Positions 17,676 to 29,058 of a stretch of DNA of 64,000 nucleotides are shown here, one piece after another. Under the pieces are notes generated by a model. It searched no databases and had not been told where the DNA came from. It saw only the letters and a list, made by a program, of their open reading frames with translations. The stretch lies in assembly GCA_965218585.1 (NCBI GenBank), contig CBDCLE010000026.1, forward strand, positions 128,001 to 192,000, in the 5' to 3' direction. Each line of letters starts with the position of its first letter. Position 1 is the first letter of the stretch. The position numbers and the translations under genes were made by a program. The DNA is from Terriglobia bacterium. Its GTDB lineage: Bacteria > Acidobacteriota > Terriglobia > 20CM-2-55-15.

Positions 17676-18857
17676 TCAACGATCGGTCAAAACTTCTACG
17701 CCTGGCAACTGCCTTCCCGACAGAAATTCCAGAGCCGCTCCCCCACCCGTAGAGACATGGCTGATCTCGCTCGCAAGTCCGGAAGCGTGGACCGCGGCAG
17801 CCGAATCGCCGCCTCCAACAATCGAAAACACATTCGAGTCGGCAACAGCCCGTCCCACGGCCAGCGTCCCCTCGGCAAACGCTGGGTTCTCGAACACGCC
17901 CATCGGCCCGTTCCACACCACGGTCTTCGCAGCACCGATTATTCCGCTGTAACGTTCAATCGTTCGGGGACCGATGTCGAGCCCCATCTCTTCCGGTTCC
18001 GTGTCCGTTACAGCAATCGTGCGCGTGCCCTCGCCGCCGGGACTGCGAGCAACAACGTGATCCTCAGGCAACAGAATCCTCCGGCCGTCGCGGTGGGCGG
18101 ACTCCAACAGATTACGTGCCAGATCCACGCGGTCTTCTTCCACCAGTGAGTTGCCGGTGGCTACACCCTGTGCCCGAAGGAACGTGTACGCCATCGCGCC
18201 ACCGATCAAGATGTCGTCGGCAATATCCATAAAGCTTTCGATCAGTTCTATCTTTCCCGAAATCTTCGCACCGCCTATGATCGAAACGTACGGATGAGAC
18301 GCCCCTTCGAGCGCACGCCCCAGGGCTTCCACTTCGCGTCCCATCAGAAACCCCACAGCCGCCTCTCGAACGTGCGAAGCTATTCCGGCAGTCGATGCAT
18401 GGGCACGGTGAGCCGCACCGAAGGCGTCATTTACATACACGTCGCACAGGCTGGCGAGAGCAGCGGCAAACTCGGAATCATTAGCCTCTTCTTCAGGATG
18501 GAAACGCAGATTCTCGAGAAGTAGGGTGTCACCGTCTCCCAACCGTCCCACCATCGCTTCAACTTCGGATCCGACACAATCGGGGGCGAAGCCAACGCTC
18601 TGGCCTAACAACTCACCCAATCTGACGGCAACCGGGCCAAGGGTCAGCCGAGGACTGGACTGGCCCCCCGGGCGCCCCATGTGGGAAGCAAGCACGAGGC
18701 GGCCACCGTGGCTGACAACGTATTCGATCGATTCCAGAGCCGCACGGATGCGGGAATCGTCCGAGATTTGACCCTCGGACAAGGGGACGTTGAAATCAAC
18801 GCGCATGAAGACACGTCGTCCGGAAAGATCCAAATCCGTGATGGATAGCTTGGGCAA
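17676..18857 (-). CDS. pgk: Phosphoglycerate kinase
   Basis: RVDFNVP, LLENLRF, NDAFGAAHRAHAS, WNGPMGVFE, STGGGA. Confidence 0.98.
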   Translation of the reverse strand: MPKLSITDLDLSGRRVFMRVDFNVPLSEGQISDDSRIRAALESIEYVVSHGGRLVLASHMGRPGGQSSPRLTLGPVAVRLGELLGQSVGFAPDCVGSEVEAMVGRLGDGDTLLLENLRFHPEEEANDSEFAAALASLCDVYVNDAFGAAHRAHASTAGIASHVREAAVGFLMGREVEALGRALEGASHPYVSIIGGAKISGKIELIESFMDIADDILIGGAMAYTFLRAQGVATGNSLVEEDRVDLARNLLESAHRDGRRILLPEDHVVARSPGGEGTRTIAVTDTEPEEMGLDIGPRTIERYSGIIGAAKTVVWNGPMGVFENPAFAEGTLAVGRAVADSNVFSIVGGGDSAAAVHASGLASEISHVSTGGGAALEFLSGRQLPGVEVLTDR

Positions 18858-18872
18858 TACGTTCTGCCGGAT

Positions 18873-18931
18873 GTGCGGTCATAGACCGCACCTACAGCCG
18901 ACTCAACTGTGGGGGCGATTGATTACCGCCC
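18873..18931. repeat. GTAG-type REP (exact inverted copy of 592-616) plus a degenerate partner
   Basis: GTGCGGTCATAGACCGCACCTACAG at 18873-18897; CTGTGG-GGGCGAT-TGATT-ACCGCCC at 18907-18931; in the gap-pgk spacer. Confidence 0.8.
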
Positions 18932-18934
18932 GTC

Positions 18935-19984
<1,050 letters not shown>

Positions 19985-20013
19985 TCATAGTACGCGATCG
20001 GGAGCCACCGTCG

Positions 20014-21087
20014 TCAAGAGGGACTTGCCGATCCGTATCTCTCGAGGAGCTCTGTCGCTCTCTCATAGACTCGATCCACGGTAATTCCCGTCATGCATCG
20101 GTGATCGATCGGGCAGTCCCGTAACATGCAAGGCGCACATTCAACGGGAACCGAAATAGAGTAAGCCGTCGCCGACGTTGGGCATATTAAGTTCGGATCG
20201 GTCGGGCCGAATAGGGTCAGCGTCGGACGCATCAGCGCCGCAGCCATATAAGCGGGTCCAGTGTCGTTGGAAACGACCAGGTCACAGAGGCTCAACACCC
20301 CTGCCAATTCACCCACGGATGTCTTCCCGGTTAAAAAGACGGGCGTAGCGGACATCTGCGCGATGATTTCGCGCCCGATACCCACCTCGGCCTTTCCGCC
20401 AACGAATACGACAGTACAGTCCCGGGCCCCCATCAGCCTGTCGGCCAACGCCGCAAATCGTTCGGGCTTCCAACGCTTGGCGCGGCTGTTGGTCGCGCCC
20501 GGAGTAATTGCAACGAGGCTCTTACCAGAATAGGCCCCGTTTTCCTCCAGTAAAGAGCGAGCCCGGGTCCGGAACGCATCGGAAGCCTCGAGTTCATAGC
20601 GCGGTCGCGACATTTCAACTCCGCTCGTTCCGAAGAATCTCTTTTCGATCTCCGCGACCAGATACAGATAGTATTGCATCAGGTGAGACGAACGTACCCG
20701 GGCGGGAAGCCGGACAGAATCTGTCAGCAAGAAACCCCGGCCTTCGGTCCCAAAACCGGCCCGGACAGGAACACGAGCCAGAAAAGGCAGGACAGCCGCT
20801 TCAAAAGCATTCTGCAGAAGAATGGCAGCATCGAAGCCCTGTCTGCTCAAATTCCGTGCGGCAGTGGGTAGCTCGACCAGTCCGGCAGCGCCCTCACGCT
20901 GGTAGACCCGCACATCATCGACAGCATCGAATCCCTCAAAAACGTCCTTCACCAAAGGTTTGACCGACATCGTCAGACGAGCTTCGGGAAACATTCGGCG
21001 CAATTCCCGGAGGGCGGGAAAGGTCATGATGGAGTCGCCGATCCAACTGGGAGCCCGTATAAGAATGCTGGAGATTGGAGGCGCCAT
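20014..21087 (-). CDS. waaF: LPS heptosyltransferase II-like (GT9)
   Basis: RAPSWIGDSIM, PGA...AKRW, SNDTGP, LFGPT, CAPC..RDCP..HRCM. Confidence 0.82.
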   Translation of the reverse strand: MAPPISSILIRAPSWIGDSIMTFPALRELRRMFPEARLTMSVKPLVKDVFEGFDAVDDVRVYQREGAAGLVELPTAARNLSRQGFDAAILLQNAFEAAVLPFLARVPVRAGFGTEGRGFLLTDSVRLPARVRSSHLMQYYLYLVAEIEKRFFGTSGVEMSRPRYELEASDAFRTRARSLLEENGAYSGKSLVAITPGATNSRAKRWKPERFAALADRLMGARDCTVVFVGGKAEVGIGREIIAQMSATPVFLTGKTSVGELAGVLSLCDLVVSNDTGPAYMAAALMRPTLTLFGPTDPNLICPTSATAYSISVPVECAPCMLRDCPIDHRCMTGITVDRVYERATELLERYGSASPS

Positions 21088-21139
21088 TGCCGATCAGTAC
21101 ACCATCTCTTGAAAGACCCGTTTCTACTTAATCCCGTTT

Positions 21140-21982
21140 CTACTCAAAAACCCGTTTCAGTCCGTCACGAAGCGAAATCGTGGGCTGCCAGTCGAATGCC
21201 TGCTCTGCTTTTCCAGAGTCAGTGACGTAACGGGCTTGTCCTCCGGCGGGCTCATCGTCCAGCCGGAGGGTGGGTTCACGGCCGGTCAGTTCGCCCAGGA
21301 TCTCGGTCAGGCCCACCAGAGTCGTCGAGTTTGAAAGTCCGCCGCCAATATTGAAGGTTTCCCCGCCGACGTCGGAATGCAGAAAGAGCTCGATGGCCCT
21401 GGACAGGTCGTCAACATAGAGAAAATCGCGAACCTGAAGCCCGCGATCCCGCAACGTGAGCTCCCGTCCGCTCCGGATCGCATCAACGAAGAAGTTCACG
21501 AAACTCCCCTTATTACCCTGACTCGGGGGCGCATAGGTCGAAGACAACCTGAAAACGACGCCTCGGACACCCGCGTGCGCCGCATAGTGGAGAACGCACT
21601 GCTCGCCGATGAGCTTCGACCAGGAATAGGAGTCTGTGGCAACTGCAGGGCACTTTTCGTCAACCATGTCCATGGAATCGGATGCGTTTCCGTAAACTTC
21701 CTTGGTCGAAAGGAACACGATGGTCTGACCGGGCTGGAGATGGCTCAAGACATTCGCGGTACCAATGACGTTCGTTTCCATACACCGGCCCAGGGCCGCT
21801 TCACTCTTGTCGATCGCCGCCGCCATGTGAATCACGACGTCATAATCGGCAATCAAAGCAAGCTGGGACGGGACGCAAACATCACCGCCGCCGCGGCGCG
21901 AGAAGTCATCCGCTGAAAAATACTGCCGAACAAAGGAACCGAGGTACCCGCTGCCACCAGTCACGAGAACTCGTGAAGTCAT
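21140..21982 (-). CDS. NAD-dependent epimerase/dehydratase (extended SDR)
   Basis: TGGSGYLG, YSWSK (YxxxK), QVRDFLYVDD, FNIGGG. Confidence 0.9.
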   Translation of the reverse strand: MTSRVLVTGGSGYLGSFVRQYFSADDFSRRGGGDVCVPSQLALIADYDVVIHMAAAIDKSEAALGRCMETNVIGTANVLSHLQPGQTIVFLSTKEVYGNASDSMDMVDEKCPAVATDSYSWSKLIGEQCVLHYAAHAGVRGVVFRLSSTYAPPSQGNKGSFVNFFVDAIRSGRELTLRDRGLQVRDFLYVDDLSRAIELFLHSDVGGETFNIGGGLSNSTTLVGLTEILGELTGREPTLRLDDEPAGGQARYVTDSGKAEQAFDWQPTISLRDGLKRVFE

Positions 21983-22031
21983 ACGCGGGCCTCAAAAAGG
22001 AAAGGGCGGGAATGAGACAAGCAGGGCTTGT

Positions 22032-23150
22032 CTAAACGAAGTTTGGACCATTCTGAGGATGACGGATCGCCCAGAGGACTTTGTTCAACTGGTGACAACG
22101 GCATATCGGTTGGCACTTGGGCAAATCGATACTGTCATGAACTTCCTTGCGTCGATCGCTTTCCCAAATCTCCTGAAAGCTACTCTTTCCGAGATCACCG
22201 ACAGCAAATTCAGGCAAACCACGGGTCTGTGAACAGTAATAGACCAATTTGTTTGCCTCGATGATTGGGAAGAAGTTCGAATAACATTTCTTATAATGGC
22301 TCCGCTCGTAATCCGGTGAAAGTACGCCGGCAAACTGGTCTTCTTTAACGAACACCTTGAAGCCTTCGTCCTCGAGCTCCTTCTTGGCGTCGTAGATCCG
22401 GACCAGTGCCTTCTGAAAGAATTCCTCTTCATACTGCTTATCCGAGGACATCGGGTGCATGATCACGGGTTTGACCTGAAGATAGTCTGCACCAGATTCT
22501 TTGGCAACCCGACCGCAGTCATAGACTTCTTCCCAGTTTTCGGGACAGACGACGATCTGGGAGCCGATCTGAACTTCAGAACCCGTACGTTCCCTTTCTT
22601 GGGCAAGCTTTCCGATATTGCCCAGCGTCGTCTCAAAATCGGACTCGTCGACCCTGTGAACCAGTGCGCGGGTCTCGGCACACCCAGCATTCAAACTTAT
22701 TCGAACCCAGTTCACGTTTGCTACTGTTGCCCGCACCGCTTCGTCGTTGAAAAGGGACCCGTTCGTAATGACGCCGATATCGACTCCCTTCTCCCTTGTG
22801 TAATCCAGAAAACGCGGAAAGTTCGTATTCACGTAAGGTTCGCCGCTACCGGAAAACACCATGCTCTTGGTGCCCAACGTGACAAGTTCATCGAGCAACC
22901 CAGCGTAGAAATCGAAATCCATGAAACTGGCGTCTGGATAGAGCTTGAGGTTTTTCTCGTCCTTGGGATGCTTCCCGAAATATCCGCCGTGCATACACCA
23001 CGAACAGAAGTGGTTGCAGACCGTGGTTGGGCTCAGCTCCATCGCAATGGGATAAATGTTCTTTCCCTGCCACCAATCGTGCATTCGATCCATGTGGACG
23101 AAGAGCTTGTGCGGCGAAAAAACATTATCACTCAGTGGAAGGTCACTCAT
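22032..23150 (-). CDS. Radical SAM protein with SPASM/Twitch domain
   Basis: CNHFCSWC (CxxxCxxC), SGSGEP, ITNG; C-terminal KC...YC...GDL..SFQEIW...CQPICRC. Confidence 0.9.
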   Translation of the reverse strand: MSDLPLSDNVFSPHKLFVHMDRMHDWWQGKNIYPIAMELSPTTVCNHFCSWCMHGGYFGKHPKDEKNLKLYPDASFMDFDFYAGLLDELVTLGTKSMVFSGSGEPYVNTNFPRFLDYTREKGVDIGVITNGSLFNDEAVRATVANVNWVRISLNAGCAETRALVHRVDESDFETTLGNIGKLAQERERTGSEVQIGSQIVVCPENWEEVYDCGRVAKESGADYLQVKPVIMHPMSSDKQYEEEFFQKALVRIYDAKKELEDEGFKVFVKEDQFAGVLSPDYERSHYKKCYSNFFPIIEANKLVYYCSQTRGLPEFAVGDLGKSSFQEIWESDRRKEVHDSIDLPKCQPICRCHQLNKVLWAIRHPQNGPNFV

Positions 23151-23339
23151 AGAGCCTCAATTCGAATTCAGGAGTCTTTCGGTGTGTCCGGTCCGGCGAT
23201 CAAGTCCACCTTCAACGGCTTCCTCGTTGCGATTATACATGACCCCGGTCAAAGCTCGGCTATTGCAGGGTGGGCATATCGGTTGGCCCAAAATGCTTCA
23301 TCAACATCTTCCTGGCTCACTCGGTTTACTATATTAAGA

Positions 23340-24623
23340 ATGTACCCGACCTACACGGCCCTGCTCTGGCTTGGCCTCCTGCTGGCCTCACCCTACTACC
23401 TGCTGCGGTTTCGAAAATACTTGCCTACGCTCCGCGAGAGGCTGGGATACATCGCACCCCAATCGGAGAGCGGTAGTTTATGGATTCATGCTGTCTCGGT
23501 GGGCGAGATCGGTGCGATAGAACAGCTGATCGAAAAACTGCGCGAACGCTTCCCTCACAGGCAGTTGATCGTCTCGACAACTACACCGACAGGCCGAGGG
23601 CTGGCGATCGGGCGTCTCAACGCAGATCGAGTGGTCTATTTCCCTCTGGATCTACCCAACGTCGTCAAACGCAGCCTCGGTCAGATACGTCCGTCTGCCG
23701 TGATCATCGCTGAAACCGAAATCTGGCCGAACTTCCTCAGAGAGTGCGCGATTTCGGGTATCCCCGTTTTTATGGTCAACGGCCGGATTTCAGATAAATC
23801 CTATAGACGTTACATGCGAATGCAACGATGGCTGCCACGCGTACTGAACAGTTACCGTGTCCTGGGGATGCAATCTGAGATGGACGCTGAACGAATCAGG
23901 ACACTGGGTGCCGACTCGGAGAAGGTATCTGTGTTCGGCAACTTGAAATACGACGCCCCGGTTCGGGCACAAAATCTCGATGATCCACTCGAAACCATTC
24001 TCCGCGGGCCACGAAGACTTCTTGTGGCGGCCAGCACGGCCGCCGACGAGGAGGAGCTAGTCCTCGATGCATACAAACGCCTGCGCCAGACACACAACGA
24101 CCTGCAATTGCTGATCGCACCGCGGTTGCCCGACCGGTTCGAAATCGTGTCTCGTAGATTGGACGAGTCCGGTTTCAGCTATCTGCGGCGATCCGATCTC
24201 AAAGCCAATGGCACTAATAGCAAACAGGACGCTGATATTATCCTGCTCGACTCGATCGGTGAACTGACGGGCGTTTTCGCACATGCTACGATCGTCTTCA
24301 TGGGAGGTACGCTGGTCCCCAGGGGAGGTCATAACCTCATCGAACCGGCTCAATTTTCCAAACCTGTCGTCTTCGGTCCACACATGGAGAACTTCAGGGA
24401 GATGGCCCAGAACTTTCTTGAAGAAGCGGCTGCAATCCAGATCGCAGATGCGCGGTCATTGGCAGTCGAGATCGGGAAACTGTTAGGATCTCCAGAAATG
24501 TCGAAAACGATTGGAACAAACGCTCGGAACCTTGTCGCCCGCAACGCCGGGGCAACACTCCGGACGATCCGTGCCATTAGCGAGACGCTCGATAGTCGGC
24601 CTCGAATCGAGACTCGGCAGTGA
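23340..24623 (+). CDS. waaA: Kdo transferase
   Basis: WIHAVSVGE, STTTPTG, ETEIWPN, GNLKYD, GGHNLIEPA, FGPHMENF; start at ATG 23340. Confidence 0.96.
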   Translation: MYPTYTALLWLGLLLASPYYLLRFRKYLPTLRERLGYIAPQSESGSLWIHAVSVGEIGAIEQLIEKLRERFPHRQLIVSTTTPTGRGLAIGRLNADRVVYFPLDLPNVVKRSLGQIRPSAVIIAETEIWPNFLRECAISGIPVFMVNGRISDKSYRRYMRMQRWLPRVLNSYRVLGMQSEMDAERIRTLGADSEKVSVFGNLKYDAPVRAQNLDDPLETILRGPRRLLVAASTAADEEELVLDAYKRLRQTHNDLQLLIAPRLPDRFEIVSRRLDESGFSYLRRSDLKANGTNSKQDADIILLDSIGELTGVFAHATIVFMGGTLVPRGGHNLIEPAQFSKPVVFGPHMENFREMAQNFLEEAAAIQIADARSLAVEIGKLLGSPEMSKTIGTNARNLVARNAGATLRTIRAISETLDSRPRIETRQ

Positions 24624-25573
24624 GCCGGGTCTTCGGCAAGCTCGTAGAGACGCGTGGGAAGCTCTACGACCGCGGCCTGCTCACCGTCCACCGCCTCCGC
24701 CACCCAGTTATAAGTGTTGGAAACCTGACTGTCGGAGGCACAGGCAAGACTCCCCTCGTAATCGAATTGGCATCGCGTTTTCTCGATCTCGGGTACCGGC
24801 CAGTCGTTCTTTCACGAGGCTATAAACGACGGAGCAGGGGTGTCGTCGTCGTCAGTCGTGGAGCAGGTCCGGAGGTTGATTGGTTGGAATCTGGCGACGA
24901 ACCGCAATTGATCGCAAGGCGACTGCCCTCTGTCCCTGTTGTCGTTGGAGAAAGGCGATATCAGGCTGGTCTCTCGGCCGAACACGAGGAGCTGGGCGAT
25001 CTCTTTCTGCTCGACGATGGGTTTCAACACCGTAGCCTTCACCGCGATGTTGATATCGTCTCGATCGATCCAGTCGAGTGGAATCAAGAAGATAAGGTTC
25101 TTCCGACCGGACCGTGGCGCGAGCTCCGGACGGCGATCGAAAGAGGACACGCCGCCTGTGTACAGTCGGTTCTGGGATCGCCCGAAATCGATCTGCCCAT
25201 TCCGTCCTTTGAAACCGCAACCCTCGTTGAGGGACTCGTCCGTGATGGACAAACGCTGAAGATCGATGAATGGACCGGCGGCCCTGTTGCCGCTTTCGCC
25301 GGGATCGCAAAACCGGACCGATTTTTCACTCTGCTCGAAGCTTCGGGAATGGACGTCGCGATCCGCCGAAGTTTCAGAGACCACCACCGTTTCAGCAAAA
25401 CTGACCTGGAGGATTTCAAAAACCTTCCTACGATCACTACCGAAAAGGATGCCGTCCGTCTTCCCGACATGGGTTTCTTCGCGCTCCGCGTCTCCGCTAG
25501 AATTCATCACTTCGAAAAGCTTCGGGATCTCATTCTCGATCGGATTGCGGAGAGCCATGGAAGGGCCTCGTAG
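24620..25573 (+). CDS. lpxK: Tetraacyldisaccharide 4'-kinase
   Basis: VGNLTVGGTGKTP, SRGY, GDEP, LDDGFQH, TEKDAV. Confidence 0.96.
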   Translation: MSRVFGKLVETRGKLYDRGLLTVHRLRHPVISVGNLTVGGTGKTPLVIELASRFLDLGYRPVVLSRGYKRRSRGVVVVSRGAGPEVDWLESGDEPQLIARRLPSVPVVVGERRYQAGLSAEHEELGDLFLLDDGFQHRSLHRDVDIVSIDPVEWNQEDKVLPTGPWRELRTAIERGHAACVQSVLGSPEIDLPIPSFETATLVEGLVRDGQTLKIDEWTGGPVAAFAGIAKPDRFFTLLEASGMDVAIRRSFRDHHRFSKTDLEDFKNLPTITTEKDAVRLPDMGFFALRVSARIHHFEKLRDLILDRIAESHGRAS

Positions 25574-25574
25574 G

Positions 25575-26141
25575 ATGAGCACAAACACCCAAGAGGTGAT
25601 GCCTGCGGTATTTCTGGACAGGGACGGCACGGTTTCCGAAGAGATCGGCTACATGTACGACGTCTCGCTTTACAGGATCTTTCCGTGGACAGGCGAAGCC
25701 ATACGGATGATTAATCAAACCGGGATGCACGTGATACTCACGACAAATCAATCCGGCGTCGAGCGGGGCTACTTCAGCGAAAGGATGGTCCATCGCGTGC
25801 ACAAACGGCTTCGGGATGAAATCGGACGGCACGGAGCCCGATTGGACGCCGCCTACTTCTGTCCTCACCATCCGGAGTCCGGCTGCACGTGTCGAAAACC
25901 CAGACCCGGAATGCTTTTCAGAGGTCAAAAGGAGTTCGAGGTCGATCTGGGCAACTCTTATATGGTCGGAGACCGTTACCTGGACGTTCAAACTGGTAAG
26001 GCTGCCGGTACACAAACGATACTTGTGATGACGGGCGATGGCCGAAGTGAACGGGAACAGTTTAAGGATGAAGAACTTCAGCCCGATCTTTTCGCCGAAG
26101 ATCTCGTCGAGGCCGCAGAACTCATACTCAAGGGAAGATGA
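25575..26141 (+). CDS. gmhB: D-glycero-D-manno-heptose 1,7-bisphosphate phosphatase
   Basis: FLDRDGT, TNQSG, CPHHP..CTCRKP, MVGD. Confidence 0.93.
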   Translation: MSTNTQEVMPAVFLDRDGTVSEEIGYMYDVSLYRIFPWTGEAIRMINQTGMHVILTTNQSGVERGYFSERMVHRVHKRLRDEIGRHGARLDAAYFCPHHPESGCTCRKPRPGMLFRGQKEFEVDLGNSYMVGDRYLDVQTGKAAGTQTILVMTGDGRSEREQFKDEELQPDLFAEDLVEAAELILKGR

Positions 26142-27118
26142 AGCTCGACTCAATCATTGATAGGTTCGGGGGCCGACGCGTAGTCGTTTTCGGCGATCTC
26201 GTCGCCGACGTTTTCGTATATGGCGAGATCTCCCGCATTTCGCGAGAAGCCCCGGTATTGATTCTGTCCCAACGGGAAACACAAATGGTGCCCGGTGGCG
26301 CCGCCAACGCAGTCCACAATCTCTGGGCACTCGGTGCCAGACCGGTGCCTGTTGGAATCGTCGGCGACGACGACGAAGGACGCCAGTTAATCGACTACTT
26401 CAACTCACTCAACATCGACACGAGTGGTATCCGGAAGGTGAGATCCTACCGAACACCTACCAAGACGCGCATCCTGGCCGGAGCCGCACATGCGTACCAG
26501 CAACAGGTGTTGCGTCTGGACACCGGAACTCCCATCAGAAACAGTTCGGGGCAGAAGGCAGCGCTCCGCTCGCTCCGCTCCCATCTCAAGAAAGCGGATG
26601 CGGTATTACTTTCCGACTACGGATACGGATTGGTCCAGCCGGAAGTGAGCAACGAGTTTAAGAACATTCGGGTACCGGTAACCGCCGACTCCCGGTACCG
26701 CATCACGGAATACTCGAGTCTGACGGCAGCAACTCCTAATGAACCAGAGGTCGAAGAAGCGCTCGGGATCAGTATTGGGAGCGATCTTAAAACACTGGAA
26801 CGAGCCGGCCGAACTCTATTGCGAAGGCTGAAGCACGACGCCCTTCTTATAACCCGGGGGAAAGATGGGATGGCATTGTTCGAACGAGGCCGAAAAACAA
26901 GCCACATCCCCATCTACGGTACCGATGAGATCGCAGACGTGACTGGCGCAGGCGACACGGTCATTGCCGTGTTTACGCTGGCATTATCAACGGGAGCCGC
27001 GTTTTACGATGCCGCACGCCTGGCCAACTACGCTGGAGGAATCGCTGTTATGAAGCATGGAACCCGAACGGTAACTCGGAAAGAACTGACCCGGGCCGTC
27101 GCCTCCGACACCGAATGA
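26138..27118 (+). CDS. rfaE1: D-glycero-beta-D-manno-heptose-7-phosphate kinase (HldE N-terminal/HldA)
   Basis: [34 protein letters not shown]. Confidence 0.9.
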   Translation: MKLDSIIDRFGGRRVVVFGDLVADVFVYGEISRISREAPVLILSQRETQMVPGGAANAVHNLWALGARPVPVGIVGDDDEGRQLIDYFNSLNIDTSGIRKVRSYRTPTKTRILAGAAHAYQQQVLRLDTGTPIRNSSGQKAALRSLRSHLKKADAVLLSDYGYGLVQPEVSNEFKNIRVPVTADSRYRITEYSSLTAATPNEPEVEEALGISIGSDLKTLERAGRTLLRRLKHDALLITRGKDGMALFERGRKTSHIPIYGTDEIADVTGAGDTVIAVFTLALSTGAAFYDAARLANYAGGIAVMKHGTRTVTRKELTRAVASDTE

Positions 27119-27585
27119 AACTCCGCGAACTGGAAGAACTACCCGCCCTCGTGTCCGGGCAGCGGGTCGTCCTGGCCAATGGATGCTTCGACGTTCTCCA
27201 CGTCGGCCACGTCCGCTATCTCACAGATGCTCGCAGCCTGGGTGACGCCCTCGTCGTCGCTCTGAACGATGATGCCTCCGTGGGCCAGCTCAAGGGACCG
27301 GGTCGGCCCATACTCAACGTGACTGAACGGATAGCGCTGTTGTCAGCGTTGGAGTGCGTCGATTACATCGTCACGTTCGGAGAGCTTGATGTCTCCAGGG
27401 TAATTGACGTCCTGCGACCCGATGTCCATGCCAAAGGGACCGACTACACGGAAGATACGGTTCCCGAACGTGATGAAGTCCTGGCTTACGGTGGGCAGGT
27501 TCGTATCGCCGGTGATCCGAAGGATCATTCAACCAAAGACACGTTGAGCCGGATACTGGAACGGTATGGGGGGAACGATGAATGA
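27115..27585 (+). CDS. rfaE2: D-glycero-beta-D-manno-heptose 1-phosphate adenylyltransferase (HldC)
   Basis: [26 protein letters not shown]. Confidence 0.92.
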   Translation: MKLRELEELPALVSGQRVVLANGCFDVLHVGHVRYLTDARSLGDALVVALNDDASVGQLKGPGRPILNVTERIALLSALECVDYIVTFGELDVSRVIDVLRPDVHAKGTDYTEDTVPERDEVLAYGGQVRIAGDPKDHSTKDTLSRILERYGGNDE

Positions 27586-27960
27586 CACAGGGAGAGAGCA
27601 AACACGGACCAAGCACAGCAACCAAATCCGCCTGATGAGAGACCAAGACTTGCAGCGGTCGCTCAGACGGTCATCCTGACCGAGCGACCTCGCCGCCCGC
27701 AGTCTACTGACTGCGGGCCCTACTGGGATTGCCGCTACAGTTTCGTCCTCTTCAAAAGGACCCGCACGGTTCCTCCGTGCGGGTGATCAACGAGGCGGAG
27801 CCGAGGCGATAGTGTAAGAAAATGATCGGATGGGAAGCCGTTCAGCCTACACGGGGTGCGCCACTATGCTGAATAGTTGCCAGTTAAGAAGCAACACCCC
27901 AACTTGTCACTCGTCAGTTGTTATTCCGTATGGTAAGTTCATGATGTTTCGACCCCGACC

Positions 27961-29058
27961 ATGGACCCTGTAAACACAATCGAAAGCACCGAAGCCGCAC
28001 CCAAACGCATTCTCGTCATCAAGTTTGGCTCCCTGGGAGACATCGTTCACTGCCTGCCCTCGGTACGCCAACTGCTGGATCATTTTCCCGATGCAGAAAT
28101 CGACTGGCTCATAGAACAGAAAAACAAGGTCGTCGTAGAGATGAGCGGCATCGGTGTGCGACTCGTGCCGATCGATACTTACCAGTGGCGTTACAGTCCG
28201 GGCATCGGAAGTGCGAAGGAAATTCTGGATTTTATCTGGGCGCTTCGCACAGATGGCTACGACTGCACGATCGATTTCCAGGGACTGTTGAAATCTGCTT
28301 TTGTCGGCTATCTGTCGGCTGCACCGGTCCGGATCGGATGGGAACGCGATTTTCTTAAGGAATCAGCCAGCCGGTTTTTCTACACGGAAGTGGTCAAACC
28401 ACGGCGCGTCCATATCATTGATCAGCAGATGGAACTACTCAAACCACTGGGCATCTCCCCGGACTGGGATGCGCCCGGGCCCCTGGAAGCCTCCGCTTCC
28501 GCCAGAGACGCTATCGAACGAAAACTGGGTGACGCCAAAGATTTCGTTCTGATCAATCCCGGTGGAAATTGGGTCACGAAACGTTGGGAGCCGGAGCGTT
28601 TCGGAGCGTTGGCGAGAAAATTGATGGATGACGGCTTACCTGTCGCACTGACATGGGGCCCGGGCGAAGACGACCTCGTCAACCGGATCGAAGCCGTAGC
28701 CGGCAGGGACATCCTCAAGATCAGTTCCACTCTGCCTGAACTGGTCGCACTGTGCGAACGAAGTCGACTCTTCGTCGGAGGAGATACCGGGCCGATGCAT
28801 TTTGCGGCCGCGGTCGGACTCCCGGTGGTTGCGATTTTCGGTCCCACCAGCAGCGATCGTAACGGCCCCTTCAAACACGAAGATATCGTCGTGGAGCGCC
28901 GATTGGACTGCCGGCCTTGCTACGAACGAGACGCCTGTCCGCTCGAGCATCTCAACTGCATCAAAGAAATCTCGGTTGATGAAGTGTATGAAGCCTGTAA
29001 GAAGCGGCTGAGTTTCGAAACGCCTTGGTCCAGAAACACCCGCGTCGCTCAACCCTGA
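27961..29058 (+). CDS. waaC: LPS heptosyltransferase I-like (GT9)
   Basis: KFGSLGDIVH, DFQGLLKSA, TKRW, GDTGPMH, FGPT. Confidence 0.78.
   Translation: MDPVNTIESTEAAPKRILVIKFGSLGDIVHCLPSVRQLLDHFPDAEIDWLIEQKNKVVVEMSGIGVRLVPIDTYQWRYSPGIGSAKEILDFIWALRTDGYDCTIDFQGLLKSAFVGYLSAAPVRIGWERDFLKESASRFFYTEVVKPRRVHIIDQQMELLKPLGISPDWDAPGPLEASASARDAIERKLGDAKDFVLINPGGNWVTKRWEPERFGALARKLMDDGLPVALTWGPGEDDLVNRIEAVAGRDILKISSTLPELVALCERSRLFVGGDTGPMHFAAAVGLPVVAIFGPTSSDRNGPFKHEDIVVERRLDCRPCYERDACPLEHLNCIKEISVDEVYEACKKRLSFETPWSRNTRVAQP

Noticed and set aside
17665-17916. N-terminal extension of TpiA in the ORF track
   Set aside because: Overlaps pgk; the real start is ATG 17664 with a GGGGAG SD.
22455-23339. Apparent 295-aa N-terminal extension on WaaA (722-aa ORF)
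   Set aside because: It is the antisense of the radical SAM gene; WaaA homology starts at ATG 23340.
27586-27960. 375-nt gap inside the LPS locus as a possible sRNA or gene
   Set aside because: No convincing ORF, terminator or repeat; probably promoter plus degraded sequence.
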